A DNA stretch of 62,077 bases from an uncultured Candidatus Saccharibacteria bacterium (GCA_964527385.1 CAZGPZ010000001.1:1-62077); one strand, 5' to 3'. Counted from the stretch's first letter, positions 8,426-17,619 are shown. Made by a program: numbers and translations. Notes: generated by a model not told the origin, from the letters alone.

Positions 8426-8791
8426 TTACAAGCTGCTGACGCCATTCGTCCGCAGGTAAGCGTAGACCATCATAGCGCCCAGTCCCAGGACGATAACGAC
8501 CGTCGCGAAGATTGCCAGGCCGATGCCGCTGCCAGGCACTTTGGGCGGTTTCGGTGGTTTAGTTACTACTTGCTTGGTTGCCCTCTTGGAATCTTTGGGC
8601 TCAGGTTTGGCAGCCGTGCCTCCCGGCGATGCGACCGCCAACTCAACCACCTCTTTCGGGGTAGCTTTTACTGGTTCTGGCGTCGGTTGGGGCGGGACGG
8701 GCGGCTTCGGCGGCACCACGTCCATGACGGGCTTGGGGGCTGGCTGTGGCGGCGACTGCACCGGTTCCGAGGGTTTCATAATCATAAGCAT
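8426..8791 (-). CDS. proline-rich C-terminally anchored membrane protein
   Basis: ORF 8426..8818 trimmed to the first ATG after the upstream stop. PxP-rich with one C-terminal TM. Confidence 0.55.
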   Translation of the reverse strand: MLMIMKPSEPVQSPPQPAPKPVMDVVPPKPPVPPQPTPEPVKATPKEVVELAVASPGGTAAKPEPKDSKRATKQVVTKPPKPPKVPGSGIGLAIFATVVIVLGLGAMMVYAYLRTNGVSSL

Positions 8792-8795
8792 TGTA

Positions 8796-9710
8796 TCACG
8801 GGAGTTCGTAGGAAGCACCGTGGTGGCGCACCAGCCCTTCGGCGAGCAAGCCCACCAGAACCGCTTCAGTGCGTGCGTCCGCGAGCTCCGCGATCAGCTT
8901 GCCTTTTGTCATTTTGCCGTTCACTAACATCCGCAAGACTCGACCACGCAGCTGGCGCGATGATCCTTCGAATTTAGGCTGCTTGGCATAGCCTTTCGCT
9001 TGCCTCGATGCATTGCCCGCCGTTTGTTTCACGTAGCTGCCGTAGTCCATCAGCGCCCAGTAGAATTCCCTATAAGACACCCGCGAAGCGGGTTTCTTAT
9101 TCGTCACTTCTGGAGTAAATCCAGATTCGCCTAAAGGCGAACCGCTCCTGATCTTCCCAAGCTGCGACAACGAAGCCTTCAGCAGTACCAATATGTCTGC
9201 GTCAGCAACAGCGATCTGGCCACGAAAAAAATGATGAATATACGCGGTACGGATGTTCGTCTCTATAAATATTGCCGGGCTGTTGAACGCATATGCCCTA
9301 ATGGCACCGGCAGTATTGGTTCCAACGCCCGGCAAACTTTCTAGCGCGGATTGGTCCTCTGGAATGTTGCCGCCAAAATCATGCACGATTTTCTGCGCGG
9401 CTTGCCAGAGGAATTTCGCCCGCCGATTGTAGCCGAGCCCCTGCCATGCTACTAACACTTCGCCGAGCGTTGCCGCCGCCAACGCCTGCACAGTCGGGAA
9501 CCGGTCCAGGAAAGCTTGGTACTTCACGGTCACGCGCGGCACTTGTGTCTGCTGGAGCATGATTTCTGATAGCAGTATTTTATATGGGTCAAACGTACCG
9601 TCAGCTTCGGGCAATCGCCACGGCAAATCGTGACGGCCGGCATGGGCATAATACGCCAGCACAGTCATCCAGAAGTTTTCACTGTCTTCGGCGGTAGCAG
9701 CCATACGCAT
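8796..9710 (-). CDS. HhH-GPD DNA glycosylase, MutY/Nth family, lacking the Fe-S cluster cysteines
   Basis: SEIMLQQTQV and the HhH motif LPGVGTNTAGAI. There is no Cys in the 304 aa. The C-terminus looks like a winged helix, not a NUDIX-like domain. Confidence 0.75.
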   Translation of the reverse strand: MRMAATAEDSENFWMTVLAYYAHAGRHDLPWRLPEADGTFDPYKILLSEIMLQQTQVPRVTVKYQAFLDRFPTVQALAAATLGEVLVAWQGLGYNRRAKFLWQAAQKIVHDFGGNIPEDQSALESLPGVGTNTAGAIRAYAFNSPAIFIETNIRTAYIHHFFRGQIAVADADILVLLKASLSQLGKIRSGSPLGESGFTPEVTNKKPASRVSYREFYWALMDYGSYVKQTAGNASRQAKGYAKQPKFEGSSRQLRGRVLRMLVNGKMTKGKLIAELADARTEAVLVGLLAEGLVRHHGASYELP

Positions 9711-9734
9711 GTGTAGTATACAATTTAAGCTAAG

Positions 9735-10571
9735 ATGTTTAGTTACGTATGGCTGCTTGCAAAGCGGTTTGCAGTGCTTGTCCCAGGCATTGCTGTCGCT
9801 TACTTAGCAACGAGAACGCTGCTTCCCTATTTCAATAACCGCCTGCCGCTCGCAGCTGCTGCTTTCGTCACCTACATTTTAGTGGCATATTTTATCATCC
9901 CGTTCGTTTGGCGATTCTTGCGCTTGCTGATGCCGCCGAGCCACTTGCCGCTATATTGTGTCACTCCTGACGGCTTTGCGTCAGACCCAATCAACATCGG
10001 GTTGGTGGGATCACGCAAGCAACTGATTAGCGCTATGGAGACGGCTGGCTGGCATGTCATCCAACCAACAACGCCGCGCACGGTCGCCCGGATGGTCTGG
10101 GCCATCATTTTCCGGCGTTCGTTCCCCGGCACGCCAATTAGCAACCTCTACCTGTTCGGCCGGAAACAAGACATCAGCTTCGAAGTTGAGCTGCTTGAGC
10201 AAGGCAGAGGACACCGCCACCATGTCCGATTTTGGGCAACAACGTTGAGTGACATCCAAACCATCGAGTCATCTAAAACCAAAAGCTCAAACCGGGAAGA
10301 ACTTGAACTAGCCGACCATTTGCTGTGGGCTGGCGCGGCCTCGCGCGATATAGGCATTACGTTCGCCAAGGGCACGTTCCAGTTGACGCATGCTGTGTCG
10401 CCGAATACGAACGGCGAGCGAGCGCTCATTGTACGCCAGTTGGAATCACATGGTTTGGCTGGGTCCATTTCTTCCATCCATTTGTACCGGCCGTATTATT
10501 TGCCTAATTTCGCTTGGTCACGGTCCCTGCGTACTGATGGCATCATGGCTGTTTTACGACTGAAAGAATAA
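9735..10571 (+). CDS. membrane protein with LssY-C-terminal-like domain
   Basis: Two N-terminal TMs, then INIGLVGS...GW...LYLFGRKQDISFE...HHVRFW. The family assignment is from memory. Confidence 0.55.
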   Translation: MFSYVWLLAKRFAVLVPGIAVAYLATRTLLPYFNNRLPLAAAAFVTYILVAYFIIPFVWRFLRLLMPPSHLPLYCVTPDGFASDPINIGLVGSRKQLISAMETAGWHVIQPTTPRTVARMVWAIIFRRSFPGTPISNLYLFGRKQDISFEVELLEQGRGHRHHVRFWATTLSDIQTIESSKTKSSNREELELADHLLWAGAASRDIGITFAKGTFQLTHAVSPNTNGERALIVRQLESHGLAGSISSIHLYRPYYLPNFAWSRSLRTDGIMAVLRLKE

Positions 10572-10591
10572 GTTTGCAACATATGCAAAAC

Positions 10592-10631
10592 TTGACATGA
10601 CATAGTAATTTTCGTAAAGTTGCACTTCATG
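10592..10631 (+). promoter_or_regulatory. sigma70-type promoter TTGACA-17-TAAAGT, 8 nt before ATG 10629; leaderless
   Basis: TTGACA 10592-10597, TAAAGT 10615-10620, ATG 10629. Confidence 0.6.
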
Positions 10632-11135
10632 GAAGATTTGGCAACAAACGGCTGGCAAGTATTTTTTGAGCATGTACCTCCTGGTAGTATCGCCAGGTAT
10701 TGTTTTCCCGAAGATGTCACTCCTGAAAACTTCATATCATTCATATCGCGCGGTTTTCTTGTTTCACGCGGCAATGCGGAACGAAACATATTGTGGCTTG
10801 ATTTCGTAGCCGCGCATACCGGATTCCCCTTCAGGGAAGCCTTTCATTACTTTTTGGACATCGGCGGCTGGGATGCGCTTACGGCCGAGGAGCAGGTTTT
10901 ATTTACCGAGGACTTAGAGCGGGTAAAAGCCCATCATAAATCAGATGATGAGATACCTTCAGTAGTTGACGATTTCTATGCCGAGCCAGCATTGCGTTTC
11001 AATGAACAGGTGGGCGAAGCAGCTCTCGGCAAACCACGACAACTGGTTATTGATGACATATCAGTGCCGCTCGGCCAAATACCGGGCGAAAAAGAGTTCC
11101 TGCGCTTGCTCGACCTGGCCATTCCCCCGAAATAG
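10629..11135 (+). CDS. hypothetical protein
   Basis: ORF 10620..11135 trimmed to ATG 10629. No family recognised. Confidence 0.55.
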   Translation: MEDLATNGWQVFFEHVPPGSIARYCFPEDVTPENFISFISRGFLVSRGNAERNILWLDFVAAHTGFPFREAFHYFLDIGGWDALTAEEQVLFTEDLERVKAHHKSDDEIPSVVDDFYAEPALRFNEQVGEAALGKPRQLVIDDISVPLGQIPGEKEFLRLLDLAIPPK

Positions 11136-11170
11136 ACGAGTGCCGAAACCACACGTAGCTACATATTGTA

Positions 11171-11836
11171 TCAGTCGACCGAAACGTCTGGGATGCCGCC
11201 AAGGTAGCCGACGGGGGCGCCAGTTTCGGCGCGTTTGATAATTTCGTCCGCCCACGCTTCCACTTGCGGCAAACCGCCCGCCGGCATTGCCGTCGCATAG
11301 ATATTTGCCGGGCTACCGAGTATGCCGGGGCCCGCCTCGCCGCTCGTGTTGCTATAAAACACGCTGCCGCCTGCCGGTGATGCCGCGTACGCCGCGATCG
11401 TATCAAGGCCGTCGCGTTCGCTGATGTTCAAGAAGAATAGCCCCTTGTGCCCGCCTTTGTCATCTGTGCCGTCCATCGAAATGGTGACGCTATCCACCTG
11501 GTTCGCGTCAGGCAGGCCGGCAAAACCCGCCTGCGTCAAAACAGCAATGCTATAGGTGCCGCCAAAGCCACGCTTACTTGGAGCCTCCTGTCCAACGTGT
11601 ACGGTCCAAATAAGGTCCACCATGCCTGGCAGTTGCTCCAGTACAAAATTCGGGTCGCCGCGGCCGTGGCTGCCATAGTACGCAATGATTCCCGCCGCTA
11701 TGCGTTTCGCCGCCGCATGCGAATTCTCGTACGACACGCCTACTGGGACCGGCCGGGGCGCTTGGGCAGGTGATGGCATGGGCGCGAAATCTACTAGCCC
11801 AACCGCTAATAGTAAAAGCGTAGCGAAGTGCCGCAT
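11171..11836 (-). CDS. hypothetical secreted protein
   Basis: ORF 11171..11968. The signal-peptide-like MRHFATLLLLAVGLVDFAPMPSPAQA begins at 11836. Confidence 0.5.
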   Translation of the reverse strand: MRHFATLLLLAVGLVDFAPMPSPAQAPRPVPVGVSYENSHAAAKRIAAGIIAYYGSHGRGDPNFVLEQLPGMVDLIWTVHVGQEAPSKRGFGGTYSIAVLTQAGFAGLPDANQVDSVTISMDGTDDKGGHKGLFFLNISERDGLDTIAAYAASPAGGSVFYSNTSGEAGPGILGSPANIYATAMPAGGLPQVEAWADEIIKRAETGAPVGYLGGIPDVSVD

Positions 11837-12100
11837 CGCTTTGCGGAACGCCACCCTTTCTTCTGTTCGTCCGTATGCATGCTGGATTGGTGAGGCCAGC
11901 TTGGCAATATCGCCCTCACCGAAGTCGATCCGTTTTGTGCTGGTAATGTTATCCCGACCTTTCGCCATCTTGCCAAAACTATATCATAAAGCGACATAGC
12001 ATCACGCTGTCTGGTAGCTTAACTAGCCACGACACGCTGGACATGCGGCCGAAATCATGCGAATAACACGTACAAATACAGAAGCTTATAGGATACGTGA

Positions 12101-14125
12101 CTACAGCCCGCCGTAGCCGCTGCCGAGACCGTAGAAGGTGTACTGCGGCTTGTAGTAGTCGGATATCTTCAGCGGTGTGCCACCGGCAATAGGCATGACG
12201 TACAGCTCGCTGCCACCCTTCTGGACGAGTAAGTATTTATCTGTATACCAGCCGTAGGGGGCATACTCGCTGGCGCTGGCGATTTGGGTACCGTTCAGGC
12301 CGGCGTAGTCGCCGACAAACAAAGTATTTTTGCCGTCGCGTGCCTGGCTCCACAACGTAGCAGTACCCGATGGCGATTCTAGGTAGGTCACGTAATTTTG
12401 CTGGACCTGGGCAAATGAGCTGTCGGTAATGGTATCGCTCTGCGTCACGCTGTTGTTCTGGTACTTATATGTGTAGTATACCGAGGGCTGCGACTGCATC
12501 GAGGACTGGACGTACAGCTCACCAGGATTCACCAGCACCGCGTACATGCCGGACGACGTCGTGCCGGCAGGCGGCGTGATATCGCGCAGGTCCTTCTTGT
12601 TTGTGCCGTCAACGTTGGCACTGTAGATACTATTGTTGTTTGATCCAAGCGGTGGGCCGGTCTCCGGCGTATTCCACGCAAAGCCATAGACGACGCGGTC
12701 GTTCAGCAGATTGACGAAGCCGAGATCTTGTTCGGTGTAGCTGCCGCTATCGCCTTGCGCGGACGATTGGTCGATGGTGGTCGATTTCGCCACCTCGGCA
12801 TTGTAGCTCTTAATAGCCGTCTTGCCAGGTTGCCAAGGCTGCTTGTCCAGGTTGTTCACTTCGTAAATGAATGTATGGTTGCTCCAGCCGACCGGAGTAA
12901 ATGTAGCGCTGCTGCTGTCGATGGTGGTGAGCGCGTTTGTCTTGGTATTTATCATATACAATTTGGCTGCAGTGCCGCCAGCGCGCTTGCTTAACAGCGC
13001 CAGGTATTGCCAGTCGCGAGAGGCAAGTAGGACGGTGCCGTTCTGGTCCTCTGAACCAGTACCATCCAGCACGGTTTTGCGGTCAGTGCCATCCAGGTTG
13101 GTCGAGACGACGTCGATCGTGCCGCTTTGGTTCGATAGGAAATAGATACGACCCGCTGGGACAAGCGCAAATTTGTTCGCACCAGTTTCACTGGTAACCT
13201 TGACGGTTGTAGCTAATGTCGTATAGCCGTCCGCGGAGAGCGTCGCGGCTAAGGTGTCGGTAGCAGTGGGCAGGACAATCGTGGCCTCGCCATTTTCGTC
13301 GGTGCGTGCTTCAGTATCGAGCACGCGCACGGCAACGTTGGAAAGCGCTTTGCCCGTAATTTTATCCGTTACACTGAGGGGCACTTGCCGGCCGGTTGCC
13401 ACCAATTTCACCGCCGCGGCATTCCGACCCGCACCGGTTGCGACGCCGGCAAAGATTGCCTGGCTGGTGTTTTGGTAATACTTTTTGGACACGATCACCT
13501 GGCCCGCCCCGACTTTGACGGTAAGGTACGCTTTGCCGGTGCTACCTGTTTCGGCCGTGTTGCCTCCGATCGAAACTTTCGCGCCAGTCACCGGCTCGGA
13601 AGTTGTGCTATCGATAACAGTGATGGTAAACTGCCGGGTCATGAACAGCGCCAGGACCGGGTACCGGGATTGCGGCACAGCCGCGATCGCGCCAAGGATA
13701 ACAAGAAGCGTCAACGGCAACGTCCAAAGCTTATGGCGCCAATACCCGCCAAAGAAGCGTCCGATAGGGTTGCGCCGGCGGGGTGGCATTGGCCGATCAG
13801 GCGGCAGCTGGGTAACCTCGGGAGCCGGGGCTTCATTCTCGTCATCGCCGCCCATATCATCCGGCTGTTCGATCATTTCCGGTCCTTTCGGCTCCTGCGG
13901 TGTTGGTTGCAACGAGGGGCGGATGGTTGTCAGCGGCTTGAAGTTCATGCCGGCCGCGCTTGGCAGCTTAGCCGGTGTGTCTATATCGTCATTCGCATCA
14001 CGGATGTTTATGGTCAATTTGGGTTTTGCTGCCGGCAGGTTGGCAGGCATATTTTTAGGCAAAGGTGGCGCGGATGGCGCTTCGTCGCCAAATTTCACCG
14101 GCACCCGCCTGATCATGTCGTCCAT
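12101..14125 (-). CDS. large single-pass membrane protein with Ig-like/carboxypeptidase-regulatory-like and beta-propeller-like ectodomain
   Basis: ATG 14125 with SD AGAGGGG. Pro-rich cytoplasmic N-terminus, one TM (LWTLPLTLLVILGAIAAV), and repeated T/S-rich beta segments. Confidence 0.7.
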   Translation of the reverse strand: MDDMIRRVPVKFGDEAPSAPPLPKNMPANLPAAKPKLTINIRDANDDIDTPAKLPSAAGMNFKPLTTIRPSLQPTPQEPKGPEMIEQPDDMGGDDENEAPAPEVTQLPPDRPMPPRRRNPIGRFFGGYWRHKLWTLPLTLLVILGAIAAVPQSRYPVLALFMTRQFTITVIDSTTSEPVTGAKVSIGGNTAETGSTGKAYLTVKVGAGQVIVSKKYYQNTSQAIFAGVATGAGRNAAAVKLVATGRQVPLSVTDKITGKALSNVAVRVLDTEARTDENGEATIVLPTATDTLAATLSADGYTTLATTVKVTSETGANKFALVPAGRIYFLSNQSGTIDVVSTNLDGTDRKTVLDGTGSEDQNGTVLLASRDWQYLALLSKRAGGTAAKLYMINTKTNALTTIDSSSATFTPVGWSNHTFIYEVNNLDKQPWQPGKTAIKSYNAEVAKSTTIDQSSAQGDSGSYTEQDLGFVNLLNDRVVYGFAWNTPETGPPLGSNNNSIYSANVDGTNKKDLRDITPPAGTTSSGMYAVLVNPGELYVQSSMQSQPSVYYTYKYQNNSVTQSDTITDSSFAQVQQNYVTYLESPSGTATLWSQARDGKNTLFVGDYAGLNGTQIASASEYAPYGWYTDKYLLVQKGGSELYVMPIAGGTPLKISDYYKPQYTFYGLGSGYGGL

Positions 14126-14214
14126 CAAAAACCCCTCTTAGCTTAAGCATATTGTACGGCTTCGGCGCCTGCTTTGCCAAATACCGATGCGTCCAAGTGC
14201 GGTACTATGAGAGG

Positions 14215-14853
14215 ATGATTGCGGTAGCAAACGAAACGACCCTGCGGCAAGCGGCAGCGCACTTGCGTGCCCGCGACAGAATACTTGACCCTGTAATCGA
14301 GCAGTACGGGCCGTGCGACATCGTGCCGCATACCGAATACTACCGGGAGCTCGTAGAATCGATTGTCGGGCAGCAGCTGAGCGTGAAAGCGGCGCGGGCG
14401 ATCCGCCAAAAGTTTGTTGGCTTGTTCGATGGTAATTTTCCCTCGCCGAGCCAAATTATCAGCAAGCCGCCGGAGGAATTGCGCGGTGCCGGGCTGTCCT
14501 GGGCAAAAGCAAACTACGTGCAAGACCTTGCCCGCCATGTGCTCGACGGCAAAGTTACGTTCGACCGGCTAGACTCCCAAACAAACGAAGAGATCATCAA
14601 GGAGCTCACCGACGTCAAAGGCATCGGTGAATGGACGGTCCACATGTTTTTGATCTTCGGCATGGGCCGGCTCGACGTGCTGCCGACCGGCGACCTCGGC
14701 ATCAAGAACGGCATCCGCGCTCTCTACGGCTTCCAGGACGCGCCAACACCAGCCCAAATCGTGCAACTCGCCGAGCAAAACCATTGGCATCCCTATGAAT
14801 CTATCGCCAGCTGGTACGTCTGGGAATCCCTGGACAATAAACCAAAGAGCTAA
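14215..14853 (+). CDS. DNA-3-methyladenine glycosylase II (AlkA-type HhH-GPD)
   Basis: SD GAGAGG then ATG 14215. VGQQLSVKAA and the HhH motif VKGIGEWTVHMFLIF...LPTGDLG. Confidence 0.8.
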   Translation: MIAVANETTLRQAAAHLRARDRILDPVIEQYGPCDIVPHTEYYRELVESIVGQQLSVKAARAIRQKFVGLFDGNFPSPSQIISKPPEELRGAGLSWAKANYVQDLARHVLDGKVTFDRLDSQTNEEIIKELTDVKGIGEWTVHMFLIFGMGRLDVLPTGDLGIKNGIRALYGFQDAPTPAQIVQLAEQNHWHPYESIASWYVWESLDNKPKS

Positions 14854-14895
14854 ACTAACTTCTAGGCTATGTATCTGAGCCGAGAAACACTTAAT

Positions 14896-15549
14896 CTAGC
14901 TGGGCAAGATAACTGACAAGGCCTGAGCGTTCAGGCGTGACACTATAGCATCAGCATCTGCCAGTTCGGCGGCTGTATGTGTGCTCGTTACGGCTACAAC
15001 ACGCATCCCAGCGGCATGACCTGCGACAATATCTACGGGAGTATCGCCTACATATGTTGATCGTCCTGGATCTACCCCTGAAGCCTCGGCGGCTTTTAGT
15101 ATGCCCTGTGGGTCTGGTTTTACCCGGTCTATATCTTCTGCCGTTACCACCACGCCTATATGGCGCGCTACGGATGGGTTGCGACCGAGAAAGCCCTCAA
15201 TGACCGGCGCAGAACTTGAGCTAACAATTCCCATCTCGGCTCTGGTAGCTAGTGCGCCCATTAGGCCGACCACGCCCGGCGCAGGTCGCATGTTGCCAGC
15301 TAATTCATCATAAATACGTTGCTTTTCGGCAATAAGTTCTTCGACTAGCCCGCCTGGATTATCAAAACCGGCTGCATAGAGATATGATTCTAGGCCAGCT
15401 TTGTCTGTTTGTCCGGCAAAGTATGTATGATATTCCTCAGATTTGAGGCTGTGGCCAAAAGAAGCAAGCGCAGCCCTAAAAGCATTTTCATGCTGACGTT
15501 CAGTTCGTGCAATAACGCCGTCAAAATCCCAGAAAACTCCTCGAGACAT
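14896..15549 (-). CDS. HAD-IA family hydrolase (beta-phosphoglucomutase/phosphatase-like)
   Basis: FWDFDGVIARTE (DxDG) and VGDTPVDIVAGHAAGM. Start moved to the second ATG (15549), which lies 6 nt after TATAAT. Confidence 0.8.
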   Translation of the reverse strand: MSRGVFWDFDGVIARTERQHENAFRAALASFGHSLKSEEYHTYFAGQTDKAGLESYLYAAGFDNPGGLVEELIAEKQRIYDELAGNMRPAPGVVGLMGALATRAEMGIVSSSSAPVIEGFLGRNPSVARHIGVVVTAEDIDRVKPDPQGILKAAEASGVDPGRSTYVGDTPVDIVAGHAAGMRVVAVTSTHTAAELADADAIVSRLNAQALSVILPS

Positions 15550-15564
15550 TTGCATATTATACCA
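15547..15564 (-). promoter_or_regulatory. extended -10 (TGG-TATAAT) 6 nt upstream of ATG 15549; leaderless
   Basis: Minus strand reads gTGgTATAATatgcaaATG. Confidence 0.55.
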
Positions 15565-15597
15565 CTTTCGTCAATCTTAGTAAACGATCCGCCGGTG

Positions 15598-15616
15598 TGT
15601 TATAGTGCCAGCTATG
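15598..15616 (+). promoter_or_regulatory. extended -10 (TGT-TATAGT) 7 nt upstream of ATG 15614; leaderless
   Basis: TGTTATAGTgccagctATG. Confidence 0.55.
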
Positions 15617-17227
15617 GCTACGAAACAACTGGATCACGATATGTATGCTATTGCGGTTGATCTAGGCGGCACAAATGTACGCGTTTGTGCGTTTAAAAAC
15701 GGCAAGCCTACTATGCTCGAGTTACTAAAAGAAAAGAGCAACATTGGCGACGAGCCGAGTGCCGTCATGGCACATATCGACCGTATGGTTCGCCACGTTG
15801 TCGAGCGTCTGAATATTACTTTTGCGCAGGTTTCACACATCGGCATCGCGGTCCCTGACGCCGTGAGTCCGATTGACGGTGTGCTGCACTTCCCTTCGAC
15901 CATGCTCAAATGGCAAGGCGTTAATATTCGCAAGTATTTCCTCGACCTCCATCAGGTACCTGTGTACGTTGAGAATGATGCCAACATGGCTGCCCTGGGA
16001 GAATATCACTTTGGCTCAGGCAAGGGTAGCCGTAATCTCGTCTATCTGACTATTAGTACTGGCGTGGGTGCAGGCATCATTATCGATGGACGTTTGTATC
16101 AGGGCTCGCATGGCTTCGCTGGCGAGCTGGGTCAGATGATTCTGAATGATAGTGCGCTAGTATGTCCGCAATGTGGCAAGCCGGGTTGCGTTGAAGTGTT
16201 GGCATCGGGCTCAGCCGTAAGGCACGTAGCCAATGCTTCAGCAGACACAAAGTTGCATGATAAAGATGCAGCCGAGATTGTTGAGCTGGTACGCGAAGGA
16301 GACGAAGACGCTGCAATGGTGCTCAAGACAGTTGCTGCCAATATTGCAAAAGTTATGCTCAATATTATCTTCGCGTTTGACCCGGACGTCCTTGTAGTCG
16401 GTGGAGGTTTGTCAGCAGCGTTTGATCTCATTTATCCCGAGATCGATACCTATCTAAGCAAGCAGTTTCCAAAAGAGTTGCGCGCACAGTATAGTATCAT
16501 ACAAAACGAGTTGGGCGGTGACGTGGGCCTGCTCGGGGCACTCGTCGTTGCAAATCGTCGCAATGATCATACACTTAAGACAGTCATTTTTGACCATGAT
16601 GGCGTAATTGCATTTACGGAAGATGCTCATCGCCTAGCCTTTGCCGACGTCATTAAGAAACACTTTGACCGTGAGCTCACGCCGGGTGACTACAACTTTG
16701 CATTTCAGGGTAAAACAGATGTTGATGGCTTTATCTCATACCTGGATTCTGTTGACGAGAAAGGCGACCCGAACCAGCTAGCCCGCGAAGCATCCGCAGA
16801 ATTCTTACGCACCTATAGCGAGCGCGTATTACCTAATGCCAACGTGATACAAACTATGAAGGAGCTGCACGCTGCGGGCATTCCGATTGCTATCGCTACC
16901 TCGTCAAATCGCCATGAATTGGAAACCAGCCTGCATGCATTTGACCTAAGCGATTGCGTAAGTTTTTCTGTCACAGCAGATGATATTGTGCATAGTAAGC
17001 CGTCGCCCGAGATGTACATTATTGCCGCAACTCGCATGAACACACTACCTGACGAATGTTTAGTCATCGAAGATACGCCGGTTGGCGTCATTGCAGCTAA
17101 GGAAGCGGGAACGGTGTGTATTGCACTCACGACGACCCATGCAGCGCCACAGCTTGCCAGCGCCGATCAAATTGTCAGTAGGTTGAGTGCACATAGCGTA
17201 ATCGAAGCAATGCACCACGCAGCTTAA
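15614..17227 (+). CDS. bifunctional ROK-family sugar kinase / HAD-IA hydrolase fusion protein
   Basis: N-terminal DLGGTNVR and the ROK zinc motif CPQCGKPGCVEVLASG. C-terminal IFDHDGVIAFTE and IEDTPVGVIAAKEAG. Confidence 0.85.
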   Translation: MATKQLDHDMYAIAVDLGGTNVRVCAFKNGKPTMLELLKEKSNIGDEPSAVMAHIDRMVRHVVERLNITFAQVSHIGIAVPDAVSPIDGVLHFPSTMLKWQGVNIRKYFLDLHQVPVYVENDANMAALGEYHFGSGKGSRNLVYLTISTGVGAGIIIDGRLYQGSHGFAGELGQMILNDSALVCPQCGKPGCVEVLASGSAVRHVANASADTKLHDKDAAEIVELVREGDEDAAMVLKTVAANIAKVMLNIIFAFDPDVLVVGGGLSAAFDLIYPEIDTYLSKQFPKELRAQYSIIQNELGGDVGLLGALVVANRRNDHTLKTVIFDHDGVIAFTEDAHRLAFADVIKKHFDRELTPGDYNFAFQGKTDVDGFISYLDSVDEKGDPNQLAREASAEFLRTYSERVLPNANVIQTMKELHAAGIPIAIATSSNRHELETSLHAFDLSDCVSFSVTADDIVHSKPSPEMYIIAATRMNTLPDECLVIEDTPVGVIAAKEAGTVCIALTTTHAAPQLASADQIVSRLSAHSVIEAMHHAA

Positions 17228-17240
17228 TCTACTACTGCCG

Positions 17241-17618
17241 CTAGCCAGAGTGGGTAGTAAGCCAAGCGGCAATAGCCGGGACGTCCAGGTGATCGGTCGC
17301 GACGTGCACCGCAAAATCTTCAAGTTCGCCCGGTGTCGCCATGAACCGAGCTCCATTACGGGCAAGAAATATACCGCACACAGTCACCGCAGTACGCTTA
17401 TTACCATCAACAAACGGGTGGTCGCCAATAATATTACGCATGTACACTGCAGCCTTATCAAATACGCCTGGATACTGCTCTTCGCCGAAAATTACCTGCT
17501 GCGGCGCAGAAATAACCGACAAGAGCCGGCTCTCGCTCCGTACGCCATGCGAACCGCCGAAATCTTCAATAACTTGAAAATGGAGGTGCAGAATTTCCTC
17601 CGCCGTCAAGTATCGCAT
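17241..17618 (-). CDS. doc: type II toxin, death-on-curing (Doc) / Fic family
   Basis: Fic-type motif HPFVDGNKRTA. 125 aa. Starts 1 nt after the antitoxin gene. Confidence 0.9.
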   Translation of the reverse strand: MRYLTAEEILHLHFQVIEDFGGSHGVRSESRLLSVISAPQQVIFGEEQYPGVFDKAAVYMRNIIGDHPFVDGNKRTAVTVCGIFLARNGARFMATPGELEDFAVHVATDHLDVPAIAAWLTTHSG

Positions 17619-17619
17619 A

